Positions 36,843 to 46,150 are shown, numbered from the stretch's first letter. The stretch is 64,000 nucleotides of DNA from Polaromonas sp. (GCA_013298945.1 JAAFJR010000008.1:17293-81292), one strand, 5' to 3'. Numbers and translations are program-made. Notes: generated from the sequence alone by a model not told the origin.

Positions 36843-38027
36843 ATGAAACGCGATCTCTTGATTTTCGTTACAAATACGGTGTTAGCTTGTGCTGCGGCCA
36901 TGGCTTTGCTAACACCCAAATTTGCCTACAGCGTTCAAATTGACCCTTCGCCGAACGCTGTTAACGGTAATTTGAATGACAACCCGATTGAAGATCGCAT
37001 CACCCTTCCCCAAGTACCACAACAAAAACGAAGTTCTGTTCAACCTATCAAAAATCAAACGGCGCTGCAATCCGATATTGAAAATCTGAAAGCAACAGTA
37101 AATAAAGTCAACGGCGCTACATCTGCACGCCCCAATTCAGCCGCGCAGCTGCAACGACGACAAGCAGCTAATGCCGCTTGGGTTTTGGGTTTGCTATATG
37201 CAAATGGTGTTGGGGTTGATGTTGATTACAGCGAAGCACATTTACGATTTAAACAAGCACATCAACTTGGCGAACCCTTATCGACTGCTGGCTTAGCTTG
37301 GTGTGAGATTCAGGGTTGTGAGACTTGGCCATCTGCACATGCAGCCAGAATTTGGATTGCGCAACTTCGGTCCCCCAAACCTGCGCGAGCCATGTATTTG
37401 GATTGGTTGGTAGAGCAAACGTTTTCGCCACTGCAAGCAAACTCTGAAAAAAGTGCTGCGATTAACGACAAGCTAGCGCAGCAACGTCGACAACTTTTGT
37501 TAAATGCAGCCAAAATGCAGGATGTTCAAGCGTTGATAGAGCTTGGTTTTGATGCCGTAGCCAATGAGCGCTTGAAAGAGGCCTATAACTATTTTGCAAA
37601 TGCAGCACCCAATTCTGCTGTAGCAGCTCAAAACGCCAGTTTGATACAAACACGCCAAAACGAGCAACCCGTCAAATGCAATATTTCAGGTGGTGCCGAT
37701 TTGCAAGATACCGTGCTGCTGAGTTCTGCCCAAGCGTTGCACAGAGGCATCGGTTGCCCTGTGAACTATGCCGAAGCGATTCGACTGTATAACTTAGCTG
37801 CTAACAAAGGCAATATGTCTGCCAAGCGGATGTTGTCACTTATTTATTCAAAGCCAGATGCGAGCGGCAACCTCAACATTGCGTGGATGCAACAATTGGC
37901 AAATTTGAATACGGCCAATTTATCGCTCAGTATCGATGGCGCTAGTCTTGCGCCTATGCTGAAGCGAGAACCAACACCCTTGTTTGACCTGATACCGCAG
38001 AATTTGCGCATTTGGCATGGTCGTTAA
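36843..38027 (+). CDS. secreted Sel1/TPR-like repeat protein
   Basis: Signal peptide. Sel1-type units (AAWVLGLLYANGVGVDVDYSEAHLRFKQA; AQALHRGIGCPVNYAEAIRLYNLAANKGNMSAKRML). Confidence 0.7.
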   Translation: MKRDLLIFVTNTVLACAAAMALLTPKFAYSVQIDPSPNAVNGNLNDNPIEDRITLPQVPQQKRSSVQPIKNQTALQSDIENLKATVNKVNGATSARPNSAAQLQRRQAANAAWVLGLLYANGVGVDVDYSEAHLRFKQAHQLGEPLSTAGLAWCEIQGCETWPSAHAARIWIAQLRSPKPARAMYLDWLVEQTFSPLQANSEKSAAINDKLAQQRRQLLLNAAKMQDVQALIELGFDAVANERLKEAYNYFANAAPNSAVAAQNASLIQTRQNEQPVKCNISGGADLQDTVLLSSAQALHRGIGCPVNYAEAIRLYNLAANKGNMSAKRMLSLIYSKPDASGNLNIAWMQQLANLNTANLSLSIDGASLAPMLKREPTPLFDLIPQNLRIWHGR

Positions 38028-38039
38028 TGAAGGAAACGT

Positions 38040-38120
38040 GGGTGCAAGTTCGGGCCTCAAAATCTTGAAAGTAGCGCTGTACCCCTTGCCTGGGTAAATA
38101 GGCAGATCCACGCCGTAACT
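38040..38120 (-). pseudogene. internal fragment of a second, diverged D-amino-acid dehydrogenase gene
   Basis: Encodes GVDLPIYPGKGYSATFKILRPELAP, compared with GVDVPIYPGKGYSATFKILKPELAP in dadA (41132..41209). Hand alignment gives about 59/75 nt identical, with 14 of 16 mismatches in one codon phase. Confidence 0.75.
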
Positions 38121-38209
38121 ATGACTGTCATATTTCAATGACTTTCATACTTTTTATTCCCAGTCATTTTTACTCATGAAAATATCCATTAAGATTTAGA
38201 AAAAATAAT

Positions 38210-39598
38210 TCAACATTCAACGATATTGACAGCCAAACCACCGCGTGAAGTTTCTTTGTATTTGACTTTCATGTCAGCACCTGTTTCTCGCATGGTTTTG
38301 ATGACTTTGTCTAAACTCACATAATGAGAGCCGTCTCCATGCAAGGCTATTCGCGCAGCATTTATCGCTTTGACAGATGCAACAGCGTTACGTTCAATAC
38401 ACGGAATTTGTACCAAACCACCCACGGGGTCGCAGGTCAGACCTAGGTGATGCTCCATGCCAATCTCTGCCGCATTTTCTACTTGCTCGTGTGTGCCACC
38501 CATGACAGCACAGAGTGCGGCAGCCGCCATCGAGCAAGCCACGCCCACCTCCCCCTGACACCCAACCTCAGCGCCCGATATGGAAGCATTTTCTTTGTAC
38601 AAGATGCCGATAGCGGCGGCTGTGAGTAAAAAGTCCACCACCCCTTCGTCCGTTGCACCCGAAACAAAACGCTTGTAGTAATGTAGTACAGCAGGAATAA
38701 TGCCAGCAGCACCATTAGTGGGGGCAGTGACGACTCGACCTCCCGCAGCATTTTCTTCGTTCACAGCTAAAGCGTAAAGATTTACCCAGTCGAGCACTTG
38801 TAGTGGATCTGTTAGCAAAGCATCATTATTTTGGCTCAAAGCTTGAAACAGCGGTGCAGCTCGGCGCTTTACTCTGAAACCACCAGGCAGTACCCCTTCC
38901 GCCGTGCAACCTCTTAATACGCATTCTTGCATGACTTGCCAGATACGCAGAAGCCCAGCATCAATCTCAGAATCAGTACGCCAGAGCCGCTCATTACACC
39001 GCATGACCTGCGCAATGCTCATTCCTTCGCGTCGGCATACTTGCATGAGCTCATCAGCGCTGGCAAAGCGGTGCGGCAGCACGGTAGCATCGGGAGCAAT
39101 GGTTTTGTGTCGACTGCCGTTGGCGGTCAGTTCGTCAGAGACAACGAAACCGCCACCTACCGAATAAAACACCCTGTTAGATAACTCACGGCCTGCCGCG
39201 TCCATTGCTAAAAAGCGCATGCCGTTGGCATGAAACGGCAACGACGCGCGCATGAATAGCAGGTCTTCCTTTTCATTGAACGCCACGGTGTGCTTTCCCA
39301 TAAGCGTTATGCAGCAATGGCTGCGAATATCTGCCAATTGGCTTGCAATAGCATCTACCTCCACCTTGTCTGGCTCGTGGCCGCACCACCCTAACATCAC
39401 AGCCATATCACTGGCGTGACCCTTGCCAGTTGCACCTAAAGAACCATGCAGCCAGCAACGAACAGTAGCGGTGTTTTGTAATTGCCCGACTTGCTGCAAA
39501 TCCGACACGAACTGGCGGGCGGCTAGCATGGGCCCCACGGTATGGGAACTGCTAGGTCCGATGCCGATTTTGAACAGATCAAAAACTGAAATAGCCAT
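38210..39598 (-). CDS. sdaA: L-serine ammonia-lyase (Fe-S type)
   Basis: [25 protein letters not shown]-terminus and the C-terminal alpha-domain. Confidence 0.9.
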   Translation of the reverse strand: MAISVFDLFKIGIGPSSSHTVGPMLAARQFVSDLQQVGQLQNTATVRCWLHGSLGATGKGHASDMAVMLGWCGHEPDKVEVDAIASQLADIRSHCCITLMGKHTVAFNEKEDLLFMRASLPFHANGMRFLAMDAAGRELSNRVFYSVGGGFVVSDELTANGSRHKTIAPDATVLPHRFASADELMQVCRREGMSIAQVMRCNERLWRTDSEIDAGLLRIWQVMQECVLRGCTAEGVLPGGFRVKRRAAPLFQALSQNNDALLTDPLQVLDWVNLYALAVNEENAAGGRVVTAPTNGAAGIIPAVLHYYKRFVSGATDEGVVDFLLTAAAIGILYKENASISGAEVGCQGEVGVACSMAAAALCAVMGGTHEQVENAAEIGMEHHLGLTCDPVGGLVQIPCIERNAVASVKAINAARIALHGDGSHYVSLDKVIKTMRETGADMKVKYKETSRGGLAVNIVEC

Positions 39599-39601
39599 AG
39601 T

Positions 39602-40663
39602 TCAACGCGCCAGTTCGGTGTGCATATCAGCGAGAAAAGCATCGACAGAGGCTTCAGTTGTATCCCAGGCGCACATAAAACGACAACCACCGCCGGCAAT
39701 GAACTGGTAAAACTTCCAGCCACGCGCTTGCATGGCATCAACTGTTTTTGCAGGTAGTTGCGCAAAAACACCGTTGGCTTCGGGCGTATGGATACACATC
39801 ACACCAGGCAGCTGACACAAGCCTTGGTGAAGACGCTGTGCCATCGCATTGGCGTGGCGAGCATTGTGCAGCCACACATCGTTTTCCAGCAACCCAACCC
39901 AAGGTGCAGAAATAAAACGCATCTTGGATGCCAGCTGGCCAGCTTGCTTCACGCGCCACGCAAAGTCTTCTGAAAGTTGACGGTCAAAAAACACAACAGC
40001 TTCGCCAATGGGGAGACCATTCTTTGTGCCACCAAAACACAAGACATCTACGCCTGCACGCCAAGTGACATCAGCCGGACTGCAACCCAAGTGTGCAACT
40101 GCGTTGGCAAAACGAGCACCATCCATATGTACTTTAAGTTGGTGTTTTCTAGCCATCTGAGAAATGGCACTGACCTCATCTACACTGTAGACAGTCCCCA
40201 TTTCAGTGGCCTGTGTGATTGAAACCACCTTGGGGCGTGGATAGTGGATATCCGTACGCTTGGTAACCAGGGTGTGCACCGCATCTGGCGTGAGCTTGCC
40301 CAAGCGTGCGGCATCAGATGTGTTTTCAGCAACCAGCAGTTTTGAGCCATTCGAGAAAAATTCCGGTCCACCGCATTCGTCCGTTTCGATATGTGCCACC
40401 GGTGTGCAGATCACCGAGTGATAACTTTGGCACAATGAAGCGAGTGCAAGTGAATTAGCAGCTGTTCCGTTGAACACAAAATAGACATCGCACTCGATAT
40501 CGAACAGCTTACGCAACATGTCTGTGGAGCGCTGCGTCCAGCGATCATCACCGTAAGCGGGTTCATGGCCGCTGGCATTGGCTTCCAAAAACCAGTGCAA
40601 AGCCTCGGGGCAAGTGCCAGCATAGTTGTCGCTGGCGAATTCTTGGCGGTTAAATGTGTTCAT
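39602..40663 (-). CDS. ltaE: low-specificity threonine aldolase / beta-eliminating lyase family (PLP-dependent)
   Basis: FASDNYAG...GDD...FNGTAANSLAL...GGTKNG pattern. Confidence 0.75.
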   Translation of the reverse strand: MNTFNRQEFASDNYAGTCPEALHWFLEANASGHEPAYGDDRWTQRSTDMLRKLFDIECDVYFVFNGTAANSLALASLCQSYHSVICTPVAHIETDECGGPEFFSNGSKLLVAENTSDAARLGKLTPDAVHTLVTKRTDIHYPRPKVVSITQATEMGTVYSVDEVSAISQMARKHQLKVHMDGARFANAVAHLGCSPADVTWRAGVDVLCFGGTKNGLPIGEAVVFFDRQLSEDFAWRVKQAGQLASKMRFISAPWVGLLENDVWLHNARHANAMAQRLHQGLCQLPGVMCIHTPEANGVFAQLPAKTVDAMQARGWKFYQFIAGGGCRFMCAWDTTEASVDAFLADMHTELAR

Positions 40664-40696
40664 AGGTAGGATGATGTTAGCAATGAGGTGTTCAAA

Positions 40697-42097
40697 TTAA
40701 AAACCATAAAATTTAAATTCTGTGCCTGAATTCATGGCTTTGCCCTGCGCAATCTCGGGTACTTTGCCATCTATCAGCTCCGCTAGCGCCTTGCCCGACC
40801 CTGCACCGTGTGTCCAGCCTAGCGTGCCGTGGCCTGCGTTGACCCACAGCTTCCCAACTTTGGTCTTACCGATGACGGGAATGTTGGTCGGCGTGGCTGG
40901 GCGCAGGCCTGCCCAGTAGTTAGGCGATCCGCCCTCTTCTAAGCTACGTGTATCGCACACGCCAGGCAGCACGGTTTCTACCCGTTTGGCCAGCATGCGG
41001 CAGCGTATTTGCGACAATTCAGAATCAATCGAGTTGTCATAAGCGCTAATTTCAATGGTTCCTGCCACGCGCAGCTGGTCGCCCAAACGCGTCATCGCAC
41101 ACTTGGCTTGGTCGTCAATGACTGAGACGTTGGGCGCTAGCTCAGGTTTCAAGATTTTGAAGGTGGCGCTATAGCCTTTGCCTGGGTAAATCGGCACATC
41201 GACGCCAACGGTGCGTAAAAGTGGTGCGGTGTAAGAGCCGCAAGCGACGACAAAAGCGTCTGCTATCAGGGTTTTTACCTCAAATTCGTCATTTTTATGT
41301 CCATTTATATCCTTATTTTTACCTCTAGCCAGCGTATTCACTGCCTGAATAGCTATAGATTTAATAGTATTTTTTGACATATTCAATGCCAATACATCAT
41401 GCCCGTACAGAATCTCAGCACCTCTAGCTGCACAAACTTGCGCTAGTTTTTGCGTGAATACGCGGGCGTCGCCGCTCTCGTCGCTATCCGTATAAGTGCC
41501 ACCTACGATGTGGGAAGCAAAGGATTTCAATGCGGGCTCGATTTTTAAAATAGCATCCCGCCCAAGCACTTGCCGATTCACGCCATATTTTTGCATCAAC
41601 AAAGCAGCTTCACCAGCTGCATCGAATGCGTGTTGGTCTGTGAAATAGTGAGCGATGCCGCGTTCAAGGCGGTTGTAATCAATACCAGTCGCATCGACAA
41701 TGTCTTTCAAAGCCAGATGGCTGTATGCGCCAAGCGCGACGATTTGCTGCACATTGCACTCAAACGCGGCGTCGTTACACTGCCCCAAAAACTGCATGCC
41801 CCAACGCCATTGCTGCCAACCACCACCGAATTTGGCAGTGGGGCCAAATGTGGGCCATTGTGGGCGAAACAGCAAAGGTGCTTCTTTGCTGAACATCCAT
41901 TTCAGGGCTTTAAGCGGCGCGTCTTTGTTGGCCCATGGCTCGCAGTAGCTCACCGATATTTGCCCTGCATTGGCAAAGCTGGTTTCCAGCGCAGCGTTTG
42001 GCTGGCGGTCAATCACAATCACTTCATGACCCAATTCCAACAAATGCCACGCAGTGCTGATGCCTATGATACCTGCGCCTAAAACAATGATTTTCAT
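40697..42097 (-). CDS. dadA: D-amino-acid dehydrogenase small subunit
   Basis: MKIIVLGAGIIGISTAWHLLELGHEVIVIDR FAD fold and a DadA-like C-terminus. Start chosen at MKII rather than the 22-codon-longer ORF. Confidence 0.85.
   Translation of the reverse strand: MKIIVLGAGIIGISTAWHLLELGHEVIVIDRQPNAALETSFANAGQISVSYCEPWANKDAPLKALKWMFSKEAPLLFRPQWPTFGPTAKFGGGWQQWRWGMQFLGQCNDAAFECNVQQIVALGAYSHLALKDIVDATGIDYNRLERGIAHYFTDQHAFDAAGEAALLMQKYGVNRQVLGRDAILKIEPALKSFASHIVGGTYTDSDESGDARVFTQKLAQVCAARGAEILYGHDVLALNMSKNTIKSIAIQAVNTLARGKNKDINGHKNDEFEVKTLIADAFVVACGSYTAPLLRTVGVDVPIYPGKGYSATFKILKPELAPNVSVIDDQAKCAMTRLGDQLRVAGTIEISAYDNSIDSELSQIRCRMLAKRVETVLPGVCDTRSLEEGGSPNYWAGLRPATPTNIPVIGKTKVGKLWVNAGHGTLGWTHGAGSGKALAELIDGKVPEIAQGKAMNSGTEFKFYGF
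41321..41368 (-). repeat. 48-bp dispersed repeat, copy F (in frame in dadA)
   Basis: acctctagccagcgtattcactgcctgaatagctatagatttaatagt. Encodes TIKSIAIQAVNTLARG. CAG variant. Confidence 0.9.
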
Positions 42098-42239
42098 GCT
42101 ACAACTTTCATACTTACTTATGCCTTGCCATTTCAACTGATACAAGTGTCTGCGAAGTTGCAAAGAAATAAAAGCGACATTAAACTAACAGCAAAAATAT
42201 CAAGAACGCTAATACAAGCACTAAAAAAACAGACCCAAG

Positions 42240-43154
42240 ATGAACACATTTGACCCCGACGCCCTGGAATGCCTAGCCGCTATTGTGGAAGAAGGCGGCT
42301 TTGAACGAGCGGCGCAGCGATTGTCAATCACCCAATCAGCTGTGTCGCAGCGCCTGCGTGGGCTGGAGGCGCAAGTCGGCACGGTTTTGATCGTTCGTAG
42401 CCGCCCGCTGAAAGCTACGCAGGCTGGGCAATTGCTGCTGAAACACACAAAAATGATTCGACTATTGCGGGCGGATTTGGAGCGTGATATGAAAGAGCTC
42501 GCGCCCAGCTCGCTCGGTGGCTCGCGTGAGGAGGAGCGAATATCGATTGCCATCAACGCCGACAGCATCGCCACTTGGGCACTGGGTGCTTTAAGCAAGC
42601 TGACGACAGAGGGCCTGCCACTAGAAATCATCACCGACGACCAAGATTTCACCCAAGAATGGTTGCGTACCGGCCAAGTGTTGGGCTGCGTCACCACATT
42701 AAAACTAGCCTTGCGCGGCTGCAAGGTTGTACCACTGGGCGCGATGAACTACATCGCCGTGGCCGAGCCAGCCTACGCTACCAAGCATTACCCCGACGGC
42801 ATGACCGCCTACAACTTTCGCAGCACACCGTTCGTCGCCTTCAACCGCAAAGATGACATGCAGGGCGAATTCGTCAACCATGCGTTTGGCCTCAAACGCG
42901 TGGTGCTGAACCAGCTGTTTGTGCCAAGCTGTGAAGGCCAAGTGCGCGCGGCGTTGGCAGGCTGGGGGGCCATCGTCATGCCCGAGTTGATGGTACGGGA
43001 ACACATTGCTGCGGGTAGACTGGTCAATATCGCTCCCAGCAAGGTGTTGCCGATACAGTTGTACTGGCATTGTTGGAATTTGGAGTCTGATGTTTTAGAC
43101 GCTTTGACATGCGCATTGTTGGACGCTGCAAATGTGTCGCTTCTAAAAGCATAG
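42240..43154 (+). CDS. LysR-family regulator, ArgP/IciA-like
   Basis: The N-terminal HTH GGFERAAQRLSITQSAVSQRLRGLE closely resembles ArgP. Divergent from dadA. Confidence 0.75.
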   Translation: MNTFDPDALECLAAIVEEGGFERAAQRLSITQSAVSQRLRGLEAQVGTVLIVRSRPLKATQAGQLLLKHTKMIRLLRADLERDMKELAPSSLGGSREEERISIAINADSIATWALGALSKLTTEGLPLEIITDDQDFTQEWLRTGQVLGCVTTLKLALRGCKVVPLGAMNYIAVAEPAYATKHYPDGMTAYNFRSTPFVAFNRKDDMQGEFVNHAFGLKRVVLNQLFVPSCEGQVRAALAGWGAIVMPELMVREHIAAGRLVNIAPSKVLPIQLYWHCWNLESDVLDALTCALLDAANVSLLKA

Positions 43155-43350
43155 CTAAAACTGTATACAAAATAACTAATTCAAGAGTCATTCACAAAGC
43201 TATGCATATTATTCATTTGAATATGTCATAAAAGCTTTGAATACTAGGGTTTGCACCAAAGAGCTAGTTGTAACGAACTGCTTACAGTTCAGCAGCAACT
43301 TAAAAGACACATTTTTGTCGATGCTCTCGCACACTCTTGGAGAAATTTTT

Positions 43351-44511
43351 ATGGCTCTCGAACGCTTAAAACACCTACTCAGCTGGACATTCATCGCTTT
43401 CGCACTTGCAAATGGCTTGTCGGGCTGTAGCAGCAACAGCATTCCTGATGTGATCAAAATTGGGGCCGCGCAGCCTTTGACGGGCAACAAATCGGGTCAG
43501 GGTCAAGACTTGCTCAATGGTGTCAAACTGGCTGTTGATGAGATCAACAAAGCGGGCTTCAAGGTCAAAGGCAAATCCGTAAGCTTGGAGTTGGTAGCCG
43601 TTGATGACCGCGCAGACCCAAAAACAGGCGTAGAAGTTGCCAAGCAATTGGTTGAAGCCGGTGTGGTTGCGGTTGTGGGACACCTAAACTCTGGCGTCAG
43701 CATTCCAGCCGCGCCTATTTATGCTGAAAAGGGTATTGCTCAGCTGGCTATATCCACCAACCCAAAATTTACAGCTTTGGGGCTGCCGACCACGCTCAGA
43801 CTTGTTGGAAATGACATTTTGCAAGCCAAAGCCATTGGCAGTTATGCAGTCAACCAACTCAATGCAAGCAAATATGCTGTGGCTGATGATGGCACGACGT
43901 ACAGCAAAGGTTTGGCTGACGGTGCGTTGGCACAGCTAAAATTGGCAAAAAAAGAAGTCGTTTTTAGCGAGTCTTTTGACAAAGATACGATTGCTCTTGA
44001 TGGTTTAGCGCAAAAACTAAAAGATGGCAAAGTTGAAGTTTTCATCACGACACAAAGTGATTTTCAGGTTATTGCCTTGATTGGTGCTTTGAAAAAAATC
44101 AGTTACACCAACATCAAAATCCTAGGTGGTGATACGCTAAAGACGACGCTGATGTTTAAATCTGCTGGTGAAGTAGCAGGCATCTATGCAAGTTCGCCCA
44201 TCCTAGAAGCAGAAGAATTTGCGGCAGGAAAAGAATTTTTAGCCAAATACCGCGCAGCCTACAAAAAAGAGCCTGAGTATGCTGGTCATTACACCTACGA
44301 TGCGACTTATGCTATCGCAGCTGCCATCAAACGCGCTGAATCTGTCAAACCGGCAGACATCACGGCTGCGCTTCGCAAAATGGATCTTTATGCACCTGTC
44401 ACTGGCTCTTACAAGTTTGACGAAACGGGCGAGCAACGCTACGGTGCGATTGCCATCTACAGCTTAGGCGCTGGGAAATGGGAGTCGCTGATTCGCTCTG
44501 ATGTTTGGTGA
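43351..44511 (+). CDS. branched-chain amino-acid ABC transporter substrate-binding lipoprotein (LivK-like, orphan)
   Basis: GGAGA Shine-Dalgarno. MALERLKHLLSWTFIAFALANGLSGCSS lipobox. Peripla_BP_6-like (IKIGAAQPLTG...VVGHLNSGVSIPA). Confidence 0.8.
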   Translation: MALERLKHLLSWTFIAFALANGLSGCSSNSIPDVIKIGAAQPLTGNKSGQGQDLLNGVKLAVDEINKAGFKVKGKSVSLELVAVDDRADPKTGVEVAKQLVEAGVVAVVGHLNSGVSIPAAPIYAEKGIAQLAISTNPKFTALGLPTTLRLVGNDILQAKAIGSYAVNQLNASKYAVADDGTTYSKGLADGALAQLKLAKKEVVFSESFDKDTIALDGLAQKLKDGKVEVFITTQSDFQVIALIGALKKISYTNIKILGGDTLKTTLMFKSAGEVAGIYASSPILEAEEFAAGKEFLAKYRAAYKKEPEYAGHYTYDATYAIAAAIKRAESVKPADITAALRKMDLYAPVTGSYKFDETGEQRYGAIAIYSLGAGKWESLIRSDVW

Positions 44512-44597
44512 AAATCAAACACCCTCTTTGCTCACCGCTGTAAGAATTTGCAGCGGTACGACGACCAAAGGCAATATCCATCCCCAAGGAGTTTGCC

Positions 44598-45413
44598 ATG
44601 CAGCTTAAATTTGAGTTTAAATTTAAATCAATATTTGCTATTATTTTTATAGCTATTGAGGCAATAATTACGTCGGCTATAGCCCAATTTAACCCTCAAA
44701 ATGCTTGTAAAGCAGCATCTGGCGTTAATATCACACCTGTCGTAGAACTTTACACCTCAGAAGGCTGCAGCTCGTGCCCACCTGCTGAAAAATGGCTCAA
44801 CACTTTGAAGGGTAAAACCCCATCAAATTCAAACGCGAACCCTGCGGTGATTCAAGCTTTCCACGTCAATTATTGGGACTATATCGGCTGGCCTGACCGC
44901 TTTGCGACAGCTGCACACACAAATCGACAGCGGCAGATCTCTGCTTGGAACAAGCAAAACGGCATTTACACCCCGCAAATGGTGCTCAACGGTGGCGATT
45001 GGCGCGGCTGGGGCAGCGTTGGGCCGTTCAATGCAGCTGTGCCGTCTGCTAAAACAACCTCTACAAGCTCAATTATCCTAACTCAGACGGGCGCAGACCA
45101 GTTTGAAGCTGTGGTTAGTCCAGTTTCAGTCACAAACTCAGCTTCAGGCACGTGGTCAGCTTATTGGACTATCACTGAGCACGGCCATGTTACCAAGGTT
45201 AAAGCCGGTGAAAACAGTGGGGAGACGCTGCTGCACGATTTCGTTGTGCGCCAATACACGCCCGTAGGCGACTATAGTGCGACGACACCCCAAAAGCTGA
45301 GCTTACGCGGCGTCGCAGCCACCCCAGGGCACGAGCGACAGGTCAATTTAGTGGTTTTTGACCCCAAAACTGGCAAAACCATACAAGCCGTGTCTGCCAA
45401 CTGCTCGTCTTAA
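44598..45413 (+). CDS. DUF1223-family (thioredoxin-like) secreted protein
   Basis: AAGGAG Shine-Dalgarno 5 nt upstream. VELYTSEGCSSCPPAEKWL motif. Confidence 0.75.
   Translation: MQLKFEFKFKSIFAIIFIAIEAIITSAIAQFNPQNACKAASGVNITPVVELYTSEGCSSCPPAEKWLNTLKGKTPSNSNANPAVIQAFHVNYWDYIGWPDRFATAAHTNRQRQISAWNKQNGIYTPQMVLNGGDWRGWGSVGPFNAAVPSAKTTSTSSIILTQTGADQFEAVVSPVSVTNSASGTWSAYWTITEHGHVTKVKAGENSGETLLHDFVVRQYTPVGDYSATTPQKLSLRGVAATPGHERQVNLVVFDPKTGKTIQAVSANCSS
44637..44684 (+). repeat. 48-bp dispersed repeat, copy G (in frame in the DUF1223 gene N-terminus)
   Basis: gctattatttttatagctattgaggcaataattacgtcggctatagcc. Encodes AIIFIAIEAIITSAIA. GAG variant. Confidence 0.9.
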
Positions 45414-45458
45414 GCCGTTGATAGCGCATCACACGCTAATTTCGTATACGATGCAGTT

Positions 45459-46007
45459 ATGAAAAAACTACTTCGTACAAATTACAAAAAAACTGCCGTT
45501 GCCATCTTAGTTGGTCTTGCCGCCCTGGTAGCAGCTTGCAGCACCTCTAATGAAGCAAACTTAGCGCCCATGCCCGTCGTCGCAAATGTCGATGTTGCTA
45601 AGTATTTAGGCACTTGGCACCAAGTCGCTTGGATTCCCAATAGTTTTCAGGGCGATTGTGTATCTGACACCAAAGCCACATACACCCTTGACGGCAAAGA
45701 CCTGCGGGTGCAAAACCAGTGCAAAGATGCTGCGGGCAAAACGACCGAAGCCATTGGCATCGCCAAAATTGTTGAAGGCAGCAACAACGCCAAACTGCGT
45801 GTAAGCTTCTTCCGCCCTTTTTACGGCAACTATTGGGTGCTGGCACTGGACCCGGATTACAAATGGGTGTTAGTTGGTGAGCCCAAACGCACGTTTGGCT
45901 GGGTGCTGGCACGTGACGCTAAGTTAGACACAGCAACTGTGAGCCAAATCTTAGACCGTGCTGTAGCCTTGGGATATGACCGTTCTGCTTTTAAGATGAG
46001 TCCTTGA
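45459..46007 (+). CDS. blc: outer-membrane lipocalin
   Basis: Lipobox LVAACS and YLGTWHQVAWIPNSFQ lipocalin motif. Confidence 0.85.
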   Translation: MKKLLRTNYKKTAVAILVGLAALVAACSTSNEANLAPMPVVANVDVAKYLGTWHQVAWIPNSFQGDCVSDTKATYTLDGKDLRVQNQCKDAAGKTTEAIGIAKIVEGSNNAKLRVSFFRPFYGNYWVLALDPDYKWVLVGEPKRTFGWVLARDAKLDTATVSQILDRAVALGYDRSAFKMSP

Positions 46008-46086
46008 GTTAAGCATTTTTATCTTTTATATCTTTATAGAAGAGAATTAAAAAATAAGAGAAAAATAAGAGGGATAACATGAAAAA

Positions 46087-46125
46087 AGCCTTGTAACCGA
46101 TTGAGTTACAGGGCTTTTAATTTTT
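46087..46125 (+). terminator. rho-independent terminator after blc
   Basis: agccttgtaac-cgattga-gttacagggct followed by a T-rich run. Confidence 0.6.
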
Positions 46126-46150
46126 AGCCAAATTTTAGAGGTTCTAAAAT

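Noticed and set aside
32161-38027. Describing the fibre-like locus as compositionally foreign
   Set aside because: A spot count of one coding line (33721..33780) gave about 52% GC, close to the flanks. Only the intergenic control region is AT-rich. The evidence for acquisition is limited to the dadA fragment at the border and the absence of the 48-bp repeat.
37920-38138. 72-aa ORF called on the minus strand downstream of sdaA
   Set aside because: It is not a real gene. It has a TTG start and overlaps the 3' end of the Sel1 gene antisense. Its only meaningful part is the dadA-derived fragment, which is annotated as a pseudogene.
42221-42724. 167-aa minus-strand ORF overlapping the LysR gene
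   Set aside because: It is antisense to a convincing ArgP-like HTH. It has no Shine-Dalgarno and an Arg/Ser-rich shadow composition.
46008-46150. tRNA-Ser 3' flank as an island integration site
   Set aside because: The flank is only about 140 bp of AT-rich spacer plus the blc terminator. It has no integrase, no tRNA 3'-end duplication, and ordinary genes lie on both sides.
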